NCBI RefSeq assembly: GCF_001447785.1
Contig: NW_015176480.1
Span: forward strand, 316,724 to 378,937
DNA: 62,214 bases
Direction of reading: 5' to 3'
Origin: Gekko japonicus
Taxonomy: Eukaryota
In this document: in pieces, positions 1-13,710 of the stretch
How the letters are laid out: each line of letters starts with the position of its first letter
Position numbering within the stretch: the stretch's first letter is position 1
Made by a program: the position numbers and the translations under genes
The notes under the pieces: generated by a model
Seen by the model: only the letters and a program-made list of their open reading frames with translations
Told to the model about the DNA's origin: nothing
The model's database searches: none

Positions 1-354
1 GGGGGCAAAAAATTCTGTTTTGGTCATGGACTCTCCTGAACATTTCGCAGACTCCCAAATCAGTTGGCTCCCTGATCTGTCACTCAGAAGTTGTCCCTAT
101 CCACTGGCTGTGTTGCCTGAGTCTCGCCTCCAATATTCTGAACAGTTTGCTGTTCCTCTCTCCCCAGTAGCCAGTTGGAACACAAAGGTCATTTGCATAT
201 GTGACCTGATTGGCCTTTGCCTCTAACATTCTAAACAGTTTTTTATTGCCGTTGGGAGTCATTGAATGTGTCCTGAGGTAAGTTATCACAATTTTCCCTT
301 AAACGGTCACTGAAGTTGCCAAAATACATATTCCAATCTTCCCTTAAATGGTCA

Positions 355-925
355 CTGGAGTTGTCAGTCTCCTTGTGGTGCCTGGAGATCTCCCAGAAAT
401 CACCGTGTTCCTCAGCCACAGCACATTATTTCCCCTATAGAAAATTTCCTAGCTATCACAATGGCTGCTTTGAGCAGTGGACTCTATGGCATTATACCCT
501 GCTGAGGTCCCTCCGCACCCCAAACTCTGCCCTCCCCAGGCTCTACCCCTCAAATCTCTGGCCCTTCCCTTAGTATTGCCCACCTCCAGGCAGCACCTGG
601 AGATCTCCAAGATCAGTTCTCCTGGAGAAAATGGCTGCTTTGGGCAATGGACTCTATGGAATTATACCATGCTGAGGTCCCTCTTCATCCCAAACCCTGC
701 CCTCCCCAAGTTCTACCCCTCAAATCTCTGGCCCTTCCCTTAGTATTGCCCACCTCCAGGCAGCACCTGGAGATCTCCAAGATCAGTTCTCCTGGAGAAA
801 ATGGCTGCTTTGGGCAATGGACTCTATGGAATTATACCCTGCTGAGGGTATACCTCAAACCCTGCCCTCCGCAGGCTCTACCCCTCAAATCTACAGGTAT
901 TTCCCAACCCAGAGTTGGCAACCCT
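355..925 (+). mobile_element. hAT-type MITE (TAGGGTTGCCA/TGGCAACCCT family) with internal ~170-bp tandem amplification
   Basis: Three near-identical units (ORF starts 477, 647 and 817 are 170 bp apart) ending in ..gagttggcaaccct. The same core occurs at 16565, 28942, 31691 and 52990. Confidence 0.8.
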
Positions 926-3900
926 GTAACTGGCTATTGAACCGCTTTCCAGACCCTTGGAACCCAGAAGACATGGCACAGGAGGAGATGCTTTTCTATC
1001 TTAGCTGCCACTGCATAATACCCAAGTCAGGGGTGGAGGGAACCATACCTGTCCTCCCATACTACCCACTTGGGGCAGCAAAATGCCTTGAGACAGCCCT
1101 GCCTTAAAGCTAAGCAGAAGGAAATAAACATGGCTTGCCTCCCTCTATTTTCCCCTTCCCTCTGCCGCCCCACCAGCCACAGCTGGGACACTCACCTGGA
1201 GCTTCCTTCTAGAGCTCGTTGTATTTCTTCCCACAATGGACCTTACTCCTAGTAATACTATAACTTGCAGTTGATGAGTGAAGTTGATGGGTAGTAGATT
1301 CAGGCTGGGTTTTGTGGCAACCTCAGTTCTATCACATTAAAGTCTGTTTTGCTTTTTTTTTGGGGGGGGGAATACAGAATTTATGCAGGTGATCATATGA
1401 AGGCAAACTGCACCACTTAGCACAGACAAAAAATGAAAGAAAGGATGTGATTCATTTATGTCCCCTATATCCCATGTGCACGAATTATTAGGGAGAAAAC
1501 ACATAGGAAGGCTAATGACTACAGTAAGTGTCTCCAAAGCTTGGAACTGGCTTCAAAATGTTATCATCTATCATCCTAATAAGCACTTAAGAAAGTAAAT
1601 CAAATACTATTAAAACACTTTTGACATGAAACTCGCATCCCAGAGTAATGCACAAACTCTTGCAATTTATAGTCTGTGCACGAGGACTGTGGGATAGAAT
1701 TGGTAGAAAATATACTGTGTTTTTACACAAAATATGTCACCTCTGCTGTTGTTTTCCATGTCTGTAAATGAAATGTGGCGCACTATGCTCTTTTTCTCCC
1801 CCTCCATATAAAAATATTGAACACACAAATAAGAAGTAATGTATCAGGATAGGTTCCTTTTCAAAATAAGTAATTAGTATATTTGTAAAATATTGTAAGA
1901 AGATTATTAAAAAGTAAATTAATATTCTGCAAAACTAATACTGTCTGTACAACAAGGCTGCTTTGTAACAATAGACAGTTATAGAAGAGTAGTCAGTAGC
2001 ACGAGATATTGATCCACTCATTCCGGGTTTGTTTGTTTTTCAAGTTTACTGTTAATTTTCTAAGGCAAGGTCAGTTACTTTAAAACTTTACACTCTTCTA
2101 AAGTCTGTACATGATGTAAGGTATTAATTGATGCTATGATTTATTTCCCAAAGTAGAAAGGGAAGAAATGTGCCCTGTAACTCCATATAAACTCTTGGGA
2201 AGGGAAAGCTATAATAATGCTAGTTAGTGCAGAGTTGGTGGCATTTGTGACCTGTTGAGCTAACCCAGTAAACAGATGCAGTGATGAAAAAAATCTACTC
2301 ACTGATAGAATGTTTGGGTGTTGCCTTTGACATGAGAAAACTAAATTGATAGAAATAAAATTATTCCCAATGAGTGAAAGATGTATACTCCTACATAAGA
2401 CTTATTCAAAGAAGAGAGCCACTTTAGGAGTTGGGTCTTACTACTTCAATCCCTGAAAAGGAAGTGAGGTTCTTTTCATCTGGATTTCCCCCTGGATTTT
2501 GGCATTCCAAATTTCCTGGTTACTCACAAAGTAGGAAAAATACGTTAGAAAATGGTGTCTCTCTCTCTGTGTGTGTGTTCCTTCAAGACCAAGTAAAGGA
2601 GAACAAGCCCATGGAACAGTGGCTCACTGTTTGCTGCACAGGGAGGCACAGTGAGATGCTGTCATATTACACATTTCATTTTTGCACCTTGAAGAGAAAC
2701 TAGACATAGCATCAATCTCCACCCAACCTCCGGTGGCAACTCTGTGTTTTGAGTAACATTCATTTCTGCCCTTAATTCGAACTTTTAAATTGCTATTTCT
2801 ATTAAACTATCCAGACAGATAAAGACTATGGTGCACACAGCATAGTGAAGTGAGTTGGTTTTGTGGAGATTACCATTTCTTTGTTCAAGTAAACATTTCA
2901 AGATTGCTACACTTTCTAATTGTGGGATGACACCTGAGGTGTACAAAACAAATTGGTACCTGAGTACTTCGATTTCTGTCTTGTAAAAACACTGCATACA
3001 TATTACATAATTTATAAGAGCCCCAGAATATTTGAGAGTAATTTTTTTTAAAAAAACAAAAAACCCTAAATTGCCATTTCATGGAATTCCCTCCAATTAT
3101 ACTGTGGTTTTGAGTGCTTCGGGTTTGGCAACGCTGTTGTTCTTTCATTGCCTGATTTAGCCTAAAGTAATTTTTATAGCAGAAGAAAATATCAACCAAA
3201 CTGCTGTGAAATGGGTCGTGAGTGATTATCCTGCCACTCTTCTGCTCCTGTACTGCACTGTAGCAAAGCCTGATGGAAGGGGCAAACTGATATTACTGTC
3301 TGTTCAGACTACAGAAGGGTTTTTTTAGTAATTAAAAAACTGACATCTCTATCCAGCTCTTAACTGAGTCTCCAAGTGCCCCCCACATGTGTCACAAGTT
3401 GAAATGGACACAATCCTCAGCTGCCAGTTTGACAAATTTTTGAGTGACATGGTCATAGGGAAACAGGGAAAGGAATTTGCTGCAAGAGAAGATGTTTATG
3501 AAGACTGACTGGACCAAAAGTATTCTATACTTCATCCCCACCCCTGAGAACAGAATGAAGAGCGGGGAAAGCATGAAGGAAGTGGGAGATTAGTGGAACA
3601 GATGAATGTGCAGGTGGGCTTCTCCAATTAGGGGGCAGAATGGTTGGGCATTGCCCCTTTAAAGACTTTGCTGGGCCTCAAATTATGGTTGTTCTCACAC
3701 AGCAGCAACTCTCCTTGCAGTTCTCATTGCTGCTGTAAATGCACAGACATTTACAGCAGCAACAGAGCATCCAAATCATGGTTTTCCCCACACTTTGCTT
3801 GACAGGAAGCCCCCTACATCCACCCCATGACACCAGAGGGATTTTCCTGGTTTTTTGCTGTTTTTTTTTTTAAATGGTAACTGACATATTGCTATAGTTT

Positions 3901-3940
3901 TACAGGACAGTAATATATAAATTACCATTTTTAAGCCATA

Positions 3941-4289
3941 GTAAAGGTAAAGGTTCCCTTGCTCGAAAGCCAGTCGAGTCGAACTCTAGGGGTGCGGTGC
4001 TCATCTCCGTTTCAAAGCCGAAGAGCCAGCGCTGTCCGAAGACGTTTCCATGGTCATGTGGCCGGCATGACTAAACACCAAGGAGCACGGAACGCTGTTA
4101 CCTTCCCACCGAAGTGGTCCCTATTTATGTACTTGCAGTTTCTTGCTTTCGAACTGCTAGGTTGGCAGGAGCTGGAACTAGAGACAGGAGCTCACCCTGT
4201 CTTGCGGCACCCGGGTCTTGAACCGCTGAACTACTGACCTTCCACAGCCTGCAGTTCAGCGTCTTAACCACTTGAGCCACCGCAGCTCC
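3941..4289 (-). mobile_element. Sauria SINE, full length
   Basis: (ACCTTT)n tail seen as gtaaaggtaaaggttccc, characteristic body ggtcatgtggccggcatgact, and a tRNA-derived head at the right end. Near-identical to 16047-16394. Confidence 0.88.
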
Positions 4290-6564
4290 TTACTGGTTTG
4301 CCGTAAAAACCTAGAACAGCCCTCCAGATACATGGGGTAGAATAGCAACCATGATGGCCTGAAGCAAGGGGAATGGTACTGATGTGGGTGGGATCTGCAA
4401 AAATGTGCACCTTCCCATCCACATGGCATACAAACACACTTAGGCCGTCATCACACGGGCGGTTTGGCCTGACACAGCCACTCCTCCCCTCTGGATCAAA
4501 TGGGTGCAGTCAGACAGCCACATCTGTCAAGCATTCCCCAGCCATACGTATCCCATCATAGGATGCTTTGGAGCCAGGTTAAAAAGGCACCACATTTTCT
4601 AAGACTTAATGTCTATGTGTTTTATAGTTATATTTCTTATCTTTCAAAAACAAAGGTTTTTTTTGAATACTTGTTTATCATATCAGATTGATGTACATAT
4701 CAAGATGTTACTGATACTTAAAAAATTTCTGTCAATACTGAAGTGATTATTTTTGGTGTTAATATCTGTTTGTACTATTAAAACTTCAATAAAAATTGTT
4801 AATTAAAAAAAAAAAAAGGCACCACATCACAAGTGGTGTTTTTGGTTCCCTGCACAGTCATTGTACATGGCCAGATGTCTGAACGCAGGGGAGCGCACAC
4901 AGAACGGATTTGGCAGTCTGAACCTGCAGATCTGTTCTGCCACTAGGGAGGGATTTTTTTTTTTAATTGCCTATATGTGCATGCATATGCACATGTGCGC
5001 ACACGCACACTTATTTGTGCTCATGAAATTTGAATTTTTTGGCAGTGCGCTCCATGGCTGGGGTGCTGCAATAATGTGGCTGCTTTACCACAGGATATCT
5101 CCATAGGTAACCAACAGCAGGGTGTGCTGTGTGGCTGATATGCCCCGCAACACTTTCAACCAGTTCAATTAGAGGTGGCACCATATCGTGCCAAGCCGGC
5201 AGTGTGACCATAGCCTTAGACTGTGATATTTTCCAAAAAATGTGCCAAACCAAGTTTGGTAAAGATTGGAGCAAGTGAGGGTGGAGGGCCTAGAGAGTGA
5301 ACCATTAGGAGATGGCGTCATGTGGATTTCAAAAGAAAGCTCAAGTTTTGGTGCTAAACAGGAAAAGAACTGTGTGGAAGCAACCTATAAAAGACAATTG
5401 GAGGGAAAACCCTTTTTTCATCAGATCTGCTGTTTCTGGATCACAAATGTATGCACATAAATGTTGTATGAGTGTGTGTGTGTGTTTTCCATTTTATGCA
5501 TAGTATCTTTGTACACCCTACCTGTGTGTCTCTTACCAAATCTTTAAAAGAGGTGACATAAAATATATCTGTCACAGTACACTTGGGCTTCACAGCTGGA
5601 ACACACACTGACCTGACAGCCTCATGATGATGTATTATGTATCATGTACCTTCTACATCTGGGCGATCTGAGCAGCAAAATGTGTAACAAACATGAAACC
5701 CAGCTTTGGCTAATGATCCCCACTTCCCCTGAAGCACAAAAGTGTACTGAAGGCCTACTGTTCATAAACAGATGCTTCAAGGTTCTTCTCTAGTCTGATG
5801 CCCTGAAAAGGTCTGTATGATGAACCTTTTACAAGGATGCTGGATGGTGCTCCTACTTTGTATTGATGGGTTCCTAGGGTTTATAAAGCTCCTGCCGAGA
5901 AAACATTTTATGACCTGAGTCGACTGAAGACTGGCAGAGCCCCTTCCATGTGCCTAGATATCCCATTAACATTGAGAGCTTAACCTGATTCATCATGTTT
6001 TCATTATTGTTACTACCATTATTTCACTCTTTCCTATGATAGGGGATTTCTTCACTAGTGCATGAACTAAGTAAAGGGAGACAAATCACTGTGACTGTCA
6101 CCTTATTGCAAGGTTGTGGTGATGGGGATAGAACTATCTGTATATGCTTATATAAAAGACCGGCATAATGGCCAATGCGTCCTCTAACAGGAGACTGTTT
6201 TCCTGTAAGATGAACCTTGTAGCATCATTTATCTTCTTTGACTCTGACAGCTATCAGCTGTGAAATGTGGATTTCCATCATTGTCATATTTTGGACAATT
6301 TATTAACAAAAAACAGTCCCAGAGATGAAGGATTAGCTTCTTGTCAAGCCAGGCTCTGGCCTAGAATTTGTGGATCCTGTGGCCAACTCCCTTGCCTTCT
6401 CCGATGAAATGACTTGTAGCCTCTGTTTTCCAGCAACCCTTCCTTTTCTAACTTGCCCATGAGGATACTGGACCTGGTGGTGCCTTGTGGGGGATTGTGA
6501 AATATTTATGGTGGAATATTTATGGTATATTTAAAATGGGACAGTTGTATAGTTGGTAGTCAAT

Positions 6565-6772
6565 AGTGCTGTCAAGTCGCAGCCGACTTACAGCAACCCT
6601 GTAGGGATTTCAGCACAAGATACATTCAGAAGTGGTTTGCCATTGCCTGCCTCTCTCCATAGCTACCCTGGACTTCCTAGGTGGTCTCTCATCCAAGTAC
6701 CAACCAGGCCACCTCTGCTTAGCTTCCAAGATCTGATGGGATCAGGCTAGCCTGGGCCATCCAGGTCAGGGC
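6565..6772 (-). mobile_element. 5S rRNA-derived SINE with RTE-like 3' tail
   Basis: The reverse complement contains gcctgatcccatcagatcttggaagctaagcag..ggtacttggatgagagacc (5S internal promoter region) and ends in taagtcggctgcgacttgacagca. Other copies at 26643 and 60602. Confidence 0.75.
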
Positions 6773-6847
6773 AGCTGTATAGTTAGATAGCCAAAATACT
6801 AACAACAATTTCAGAGCCAAAATGTGTCCTTTTGCCTCTTGAAAACA

Positions 6848-7100
6848 GGAGGAGGAGGAGGATTTATACCCCGCCCTTCACTTGGAGTCTCAGAGTGGCT
6901 TACAATCTCCTTCATTTCCTCTCCACTATGACAGACACCCTGTGAGGTAGGTGGGGCTGAGAGAGCTCTGAAAGAACTGCTCTTAAGAGGAAAGCTCTGA
7001 GAGAGCTGTGACTGACTCAAGGTCTCCCAGCTGACTGCATATGGACAAGTGGGGAATCAAACCCAGTTCTCCAGATTAGAATCTGCCACTCTTAACCACT
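6848..7100 (-). mobile_element. tRNA/CORE-type SINE (Squam3-like)
   Basis: tRNA-like head (agtggttaagagtggcagattctaatctggagaactgggtttgattcccc), CORE-like gaccttg segment and (CTC)n tail. Five copies in the window. Confidence 0.75.
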
Positions 7101-8187
7101 GTCATAAGAATTGTAACATGCAAGGGAATCATCACTTCCCACTGATTCCCTTGACCACCAGTTTTTAGTTAGAATACTTTCAAAGAACAAGAATCCCATA
7201 GTTTCACTGATCAATCTGTTTAACTGTCCAAGTGATACTTACTAAGCATCCCCGTGAGATCAGCCTCATTCTGTTTTGTTCTTTGGCCCTACCCATATCA
7301 CCTGGATAAAACAGTTCCTTTTATTCACCCTGGATTAAATGGTTCCTTTTAATGGTAGTGTTTTAGGGAAATTGCAATGTTATAAGTCAATATGTTCCTG
7401 CTGCCTGTCTTGAATTCCAAATTCTTCATAATCCTTGCTGCTCTTAGAAAAGGTAACAAGCACACCATTGGAGCCAGTATAAAACCCACCATATTGAGCT
7501 AAACTGAATAGTGGAACCGGGAAACTAAATAAGCTCCAATATGGATGAGAGTTTTATGTACACAGAACTTTTCCCTGGCTACAACCAAGTTGTTCTATCA
7601 CACCTCCAAATCATACATGACTTAGTGAAATGTCACATAAATAAGTGATTCAGGCATGTGATACAAAAATAAAATGATTCATAGTATTCCCTCTATATAT
7701 AAGGCCTCAGACTTTTGTTGATTACTAGTTTTGTGACATTTCAAGTAGTGAAAAGTTTTTTTTTTAAAAAAAGGTCATTTGACCTCGATTACCATTAAAA
7801 GTTTGCAAACAAAAATCTATACAATTTTGCTTCCCATTTCACTCTGTCAGGGTCATTGAATATGAAATTTTCCTCAAACACTGGCTTGAGTGCTACTTAT
7901 AAATTTTGCACATTTTCGGTTCCATTAAAGTGCTTGCCAAGATCAAATCTAAAAATACACACATGCATAACCATCTAAGTTTATGCCAGAATATGTGCAC
8001 ATAAAAGACAATTCAGGGGAAAGTATGTTTTATATTCTGTGAGACCAATGGGGGGAGGGGGTCAATTAAATACTATATGGATTTCAGCTACATTTAGATG
8101 TGCTTAAATCTCTTGACTGCACCCCATAGGGTATATGTTGGAGCGCCAAATGCACACATAGAAGTCGATACTGTCCCATTCTAAAGC

Positions 8188-8779
8188 AGGGACGTAGCTA
8201 CAGTGGGTTCTCTCGGGGTCAGCCCCCTGAGTTGCCACCAAGGCCCCACAACTTCCTATCCAGCCAAGGCCCCCAACTTTCTTTTTTTTTAATTTATGGT
8301 GCCCATTGTTGGTTCTGGCGGCTTCCTCTTGCTGGTTGCGACCGCTGTCTCTTGTCAGCTGGGCTTGCTGCTGGCTGCAGCCACAGTCTCTTGTTGGCTG
8401 GGCTCCCCTCCCCTGCATGCTTGGTGTCCAGGCTTGCTGTGCCAGTGGGAAGATGGCGACAGATTAAGCAAGTCGGAAGCCTGGCTCCAGCCGCCGGGGA
8501 ATCCAACGGCAGCAGTAGGCGAAGGATGCAGGGCTGGGGTGCAAGTGAATGATGCCCAGATGCCCAGGGGGCAATGGGCTGGATGTGTTGGCACAAGAGG
8601 GAAAGAGGAGGCAGTGGCTCCCACTGTCAGGGCTGGAGAGGGCCTGGCAGCATGTGTGTCTGGACTGCAGACTGCTGGCTTTCCCCCCAGGAGGTGGGTC
8701 ACTAGGGGGTGTGTGCGGGGTTCCCCCCCTGATTATTTAAAGGCCCCCTGAATTTAAAAAAATTCTGGCTACAGGCCTT
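8188..8779. mobile_element. Probable hAT-type non-autonomous element, GC-rich interior
   Basis: Degenerate inverted termini cagggacgtagc ... gctacaggcct bound a GC-rich block inside AT-rich DNA. No clean TSD. Confidence 0.4.
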
Positions 8780-9941
8780 AAGTGAACATAATAGGGAGTT
8801 CCCCTTCAGAACTTCATACATGAATAGGAACATCTTGGAATTTTTAATTATGTTTCCAGTCTATCTTTGAATGCAGTAATGCAGGTAGTGATATGTGCTT
8901 AACTGACATGGCAACATACATGAAATTAACAACAGGGCTGAATTTAAGTAAGTAAAGGTGTTTTTAGATGCTCTACACAAGTTCAGTGGTCATGTGATAT
9001 TTCATGGGGCTCCACTTCAAACATGGAGCTCACAGAAGTAGTGGTTTGCACACTCTTATACGTCAAGGAATGTTTCAAAGCACAATCATTCTATAGCAAC
9101 AAGAAGGCCCTGATCAGGCTAAATTTCTAATTAATGTAGACAGCCAAACTTCTGCTTTTCCATATGGGGCCCTGACAGATATTGGTGGTTTGGTGGACAA
9201 AGGATAGCATAATGCAAGTGTGGAGAATGAATTGTGTATGCCTGTAACTCAAACACACAGGGGCATGAATCATATATAATAGCACTGTATAAATCAGTCA
9301 GAGGATCTTTAGTTCCTTCCCTTAAACAGTTCCTGTCCTTAGTATACCTACGTCCTTCACACCACCACAACCTTGCTCACCCTCTTTCCTGGGGAAAGGT
9401 GAGATAATGACAAAGCAAGCAGGCAGTGGTGGCTATTGCTCCTCCTTTGTGCAGCCATCACAGCCCTCAGGTGAAGATTTGAGAGGCAGCATAAGAAAGA
9501 GACATCAGCAACTGTTCCTGATCTTCACCACCATCCACTGGACACCCCCCCCCACTATCCACTAGTGTAAGAGAATCAATGGTAAATGACAGTAGTGTCC
9601 GCCATAGCCCCATATAACTGAAATACACACATATACACTATTTCCTCTTTCCTTCTTTCTGGCAACGTCTATATCCTACTCCATTTCCCAGCACCCTTCC
9701 CTCCTTCCCACTCACCAACCAACCTTACTTTATGTCCCTCCAACTTCAGCTTATTTATTTATAACTCAAAGCAGCTAATATCATTCTCCTCTCATCCATT
9801 TTTTCTTCATGACAACCCAGTGAGGTAGATTAGCTTGACCCAGAATGACAGGGCCCAAGGTCATCCAACATCCACAAGCACTTGCAGAGGCATCTTATGT
9901 TCCCCTCCCCCACTGTTTCCTCTTTGCCTTTTCTGAAAGCC

Positions 9942-10302
9942 TTAGGTTTGCCATTTGCCTGATGGGGGTGGGGGAATCCCCTGATTTTGTGGGCTCCTTC
10001 TCGCTGCCGGTTGACATTGCACACAACGTGCCTGTGTCACCCAGAAGTGATATCAGCATGTCAGCAACGGGGGTGGGGTGGGGTGATGCTCTGGATTTTG
10101 GGCAAAACTCTATGGTTTGATGCCGATTTTACCATAGAGTTTTGCCCAACATCCAGAGTGTCACCCCCAACGTCACTTTCGGGTAACACAGGCACATCAT
10201 GCATGATGTCACTGTTTCGGGGAGAATGGGGGGCAATGTCACTTCCCACTCCGAGAACATCCCCCACCCCCTGTCAGTGGGCAAAAGGGAAATGGCAACC
10301 CT
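9942..10302. mobile_element. hAT-type MITE with palindromic core
   Basis: Termini taggtttgccattt ... aaatggcaaccct. Internal inverted repeat ttgggcaaaactctatggt..accatagagttttgcccaa. Confidence 0.65.
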
Positions 10303-11239
10303 CGAAAGCCTCCACAGTCTCTCCCCTTTTCTTCCTTCTTTTGCTCCTTCCACTCACCACCAAACCGACCTTTATCTGCCCCCTATCTTCAGCTTTCCCT
10401 CTGTCAGGCTCCAACTCCTTTGGGCCAGAGTCCCGGGTATGTGTGCCCTCCAATGTCCTTTCTTCAAAAGGCTTCAGTTTGGGGAGAGGTGGGGGAGTCA
10501 CTGCACACTGAGCCCTCACTCTCTGGCATTGTACCAATCCTTTAGGCTGCAAGGGTGTTGACTGGTCCTTCCTCATTGGCTTTCTCAGGCCAGCCTAATG
10601 GAGGAATGTGAGGGCGCAAGCTGACCCTGGACTCCTTCAATATCCTCTCTTCAGGGGCAGGACCACAGTGACTGAAGGATATCTGGATCACTGGCCTCTC
10701 CTGAACTGTCCTCCCCTGAGCGTTTAAGAGGCTGCACAGGTCCCATGAAGCTGTTGTTGGCTTCCTTCTCTGGCCTGATCAACAGGTGCAGGTTGCTGCC
10801 GGAGCCCTTCCTCCTGGCTGAGGCATGCACCAGGCCTTCTGGAGTCTGAGGCTGCTGCTGGCACATTCCTAGGCATACCCTCATCCCACAGCCCCAGTCA
10901 GGTGCCTGACTCAGTGGTGCCTGGACAAGGTTATCCCTCTCCAAAGTTCCCTTTGAAATAGGTGAGTATGGGGCTGCCATCCTTGCAAATGCTCTTTCCT
11001 TTCACCTCACAGTCTCTCCTGGGGAAATTTCTGTGGTGCCAGCCACCAGGCGTGGTCCAGTTGCACAGTAGGAAACCCACAATGACCTGTAAGGGGCATA
11101 TAATTTCCCCTTGTATCCCCCCGCTATTTCTTCTTTCCCTTTCCATGGCAACTCCCATATCTTCATTTTATCTACTTACTTCTCTCTTTCCAACCCAACC
11201 AGCAGTCTGCCTTTTAACTGCCTCCCCAGCTCAGCTATA

Positions 11240-11465
11240 TTTATTATTTACTTCATGTATACTCTTCCATTGTCCACAATGGGAACTCAAAGCAGCTTAC
11301 ATCCTCTCCTTCATTTTATCCTCACAACAACCCTGTGAAGTAAGTTAGACTGAGGATGTATAACTGGCCCAAGGTTACCCAATAAGCCTCCACAGCAAAA
11401 TGATGATTCAGACCTGGATCTCCCAAATCTTAGCTGGAAACTCTAACTACTACACCACACTGGAT
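11240..11465 (-). mobile_element. Older CORE/MIR-like SINE fragment
   Basis: atcctcacaacaaccctgtgaagtaag..cccaaggttaccc..gattcagacctggatctcccaaatc..ctaactactacaccacactgg. Similar fragments occur near 9750, 18110 and 39110. Confidence 0.55.
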
Positions 11466-12389
11466 TCTGTGGGAGGGGGGCTACTGTTGAATACTGTAAG
11501 CAATCAGGCCCAAGTGCCAGATAAGTCATGAGCTATCAAGTCGCCTGGTGTCTGCTGCTGGCCCTGGCCCCAATGAGTCCTCCTTCAAAGGCCAAAACAG
11601 TCCTGGAAAAGGCCATGCCCCTTTCCCCTGCAACAGAAACTATGGCTTGAAGGCTGGCAGTACTGTGTGGTTGCCTAACAACAGCCACCGATGGCATTCA
11701 TCAGGTGCTGCTTCTAGTATTTTAGAAGGAGTTAACCCCTTGCTGTTTTGGGTTTTTTAAAAAAAATTCAGATGTTTCTACAAATCTGGGGCCTTTTTCA
11801 GGTTTGTAGAGAGATTTGTCTTGTCTGTTCATGGCTCCAGCCTCTGGTTTTAAGTATGCACAGATTTAGCCACATAGATGATTAGCTATATTGATAGACT
11901 GATGATCAAACTATCCAGAGGATGTGAGAGAGTTCTAAAGCCAACTCTACCCATTATGATAGCTACGCAAATATAAACTGAAAACAGACATGAGTCTCCC
12001 AGTTATTAGGCCCTTTTAGAGAGAACTGACAAACTTAAAAAAAAAACACGTTATATAACTGAGACAACCCAGCATCCCAGATCTGTAATTTACAGTATAT
12101 GACTAATAAATGTCAGTATTAATATTTATACTTCTGATTTATATGCTAACTTTTCTGCTGCAAATGGATCAAGGTTCCCTTGATTTGCATGGCAGTTCTA
12201 CTACATTTCATGACTGGATGCAAGAGAAAATGCACTTTTAATGTGTGTGTAATAAATTTGCATTCTCATTAACATGGAATATATTATAAGAGCCAGCTAA
12301 CCAATGGAGGAATGTACTAAGCCCAATTCAGAATTAAGATTAGTTCAATGGAATTTGTATCTGATTTTGGCACACATGTACTAGATAGA

Positions 12390-12658
12390 GAGAGATTGAA
12401 TTTATTCACCGCCCTTCACTACCTAAAGGAGTCTCAGAGCGAGACTCCCTTTTCCTTCCCCTCCCCACAACACACACCCTGTGAGGTAGGTGGGGCTGAG
12501 AGATCTCTCTCGAGAACTGCCCTTGAGAGGGCAGCTCTGAAAGAACTTGTGACTAACCCAACGTCACAACAGCAGCTGCATGTGGAGAAGTGGGGAATCA
12601 AAACCAGTTCTCCTAGATTAGAGTCCAATCTCCTAACCTCTACACCAAACTGGCTCTC
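12390..12658 (-). mobile_element. tRNA/CORE-type SINE (Squam3-like)
   Basis: Homologous to 6848-7100. The head begins gagagccagtttggtgtagagg on the minus strand. Confidence 0.75.
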
Positions 12659-13419
12659 AATTACTCTCAATTAAAGTAAAATCAGACAAGGCTCCCTTCT
12701 ATTTGTGACAAGAAAAGTACATAATTTACACTGGGCTAAAACAACATTTCTTCAGAAGTAGAAATCAACCTTTAAATCTAGGATGGATTTGACAATATTC
12801 AGGTTTGTTAAATGGATGGTGCAAATAATCTTGTGGTAGACCTCTAAAGCCAGTTCTTTACATTAAGATCACTACAGAAAATCTAATGTTATACTTCTAA
12901 CAGCAATCATACAACATGTAGACCAACATACATACCTAAGTAATGGGCTAGTAAGATTTCTCAGCCATATACATGATATATGAATGCACACTCATGTATT
13001 TAGAGGGTTTGGGTACTGGAAACAGTGTACCAGCATTCTGGAAACTAAAAGAGTCAGTGAATACTCAAGGAAAGTGTACTAGAGTGTTTCGGGAAACACT
13101 GGAACAAAAGCCTCTCTAAAGACTTAAGTAACTGTGAATAGTTTAAGAAACTCTCATTAGCCTGAAAGATAAGAACTAAAGTCTGTGCATGTACTGATTT
13201 TACCTTGGAGTTATCTATACTGAGTTACCACAGAAATGTTCAACCCCTGATTTCACCTGACCTTTCCTTTGTATGTTAAATAAAATAGTTTGTTAATTTT
13301 TAATTTCAAAACACCTCAAGCACCATTTAAGTTGTTTAAGTTAAAGGGGGCTCCTGAGCCTTCCCTCAAGTTCCTGGGCTGAGCCAACAGCCAAAAGATT
13401 GTACTGTGATAGGGTGGGA

Positions 13420-13710
13420 TAGGGTTACCAAGTACTTACCGTAATCCGGCGGGGAAAACATGCTCCCCGGCCGGAACATTTCTCCTTGTAACGCACCATG
13501 CCGTTGCCAGGAAATGACACTGGGTGATGCTCTGGCAATGGGGCTGAAAACTCGATGGTACCATCGAGTTTCTGGCCCCATTGCCAGAGCATCGCCCGGC
13601 GTCACTTCCTGGCGACGGCATGGTGCGGCATGTCTGTTGTCCCCGCAGGAATGATCCTGCGAAGACGTCTTCGTCCCCCGCCAAATCACGGTAAGTACTT
13701 GGGAAGCCTG
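13420..13710. mobile_element. hAT MITE with 8-bp TSD
   Basis: Perfect TSD GGGTGGGA (13412-13419 and 13711-13718). Extended inverted ends ccaagtacttaccgt/acggtaagtacttgg. Central palindrome around aaactcgatggtaccatcgagttt. CpG-rich. Confidence 0.85.

Noticed and set aside
8104-8751. Cluster of overlapping 100-151 aa ORFs
   Set aside because: Open in most frames because of high GC within a probable DNA transposon, with no splice or protein-family signature.
12832-13388. Possible solo LTR (TG..CA, AATAAA at ~13279)
   Set aside because: No TSD or terminal inverted repeat, so the boundaries cannot be supported.
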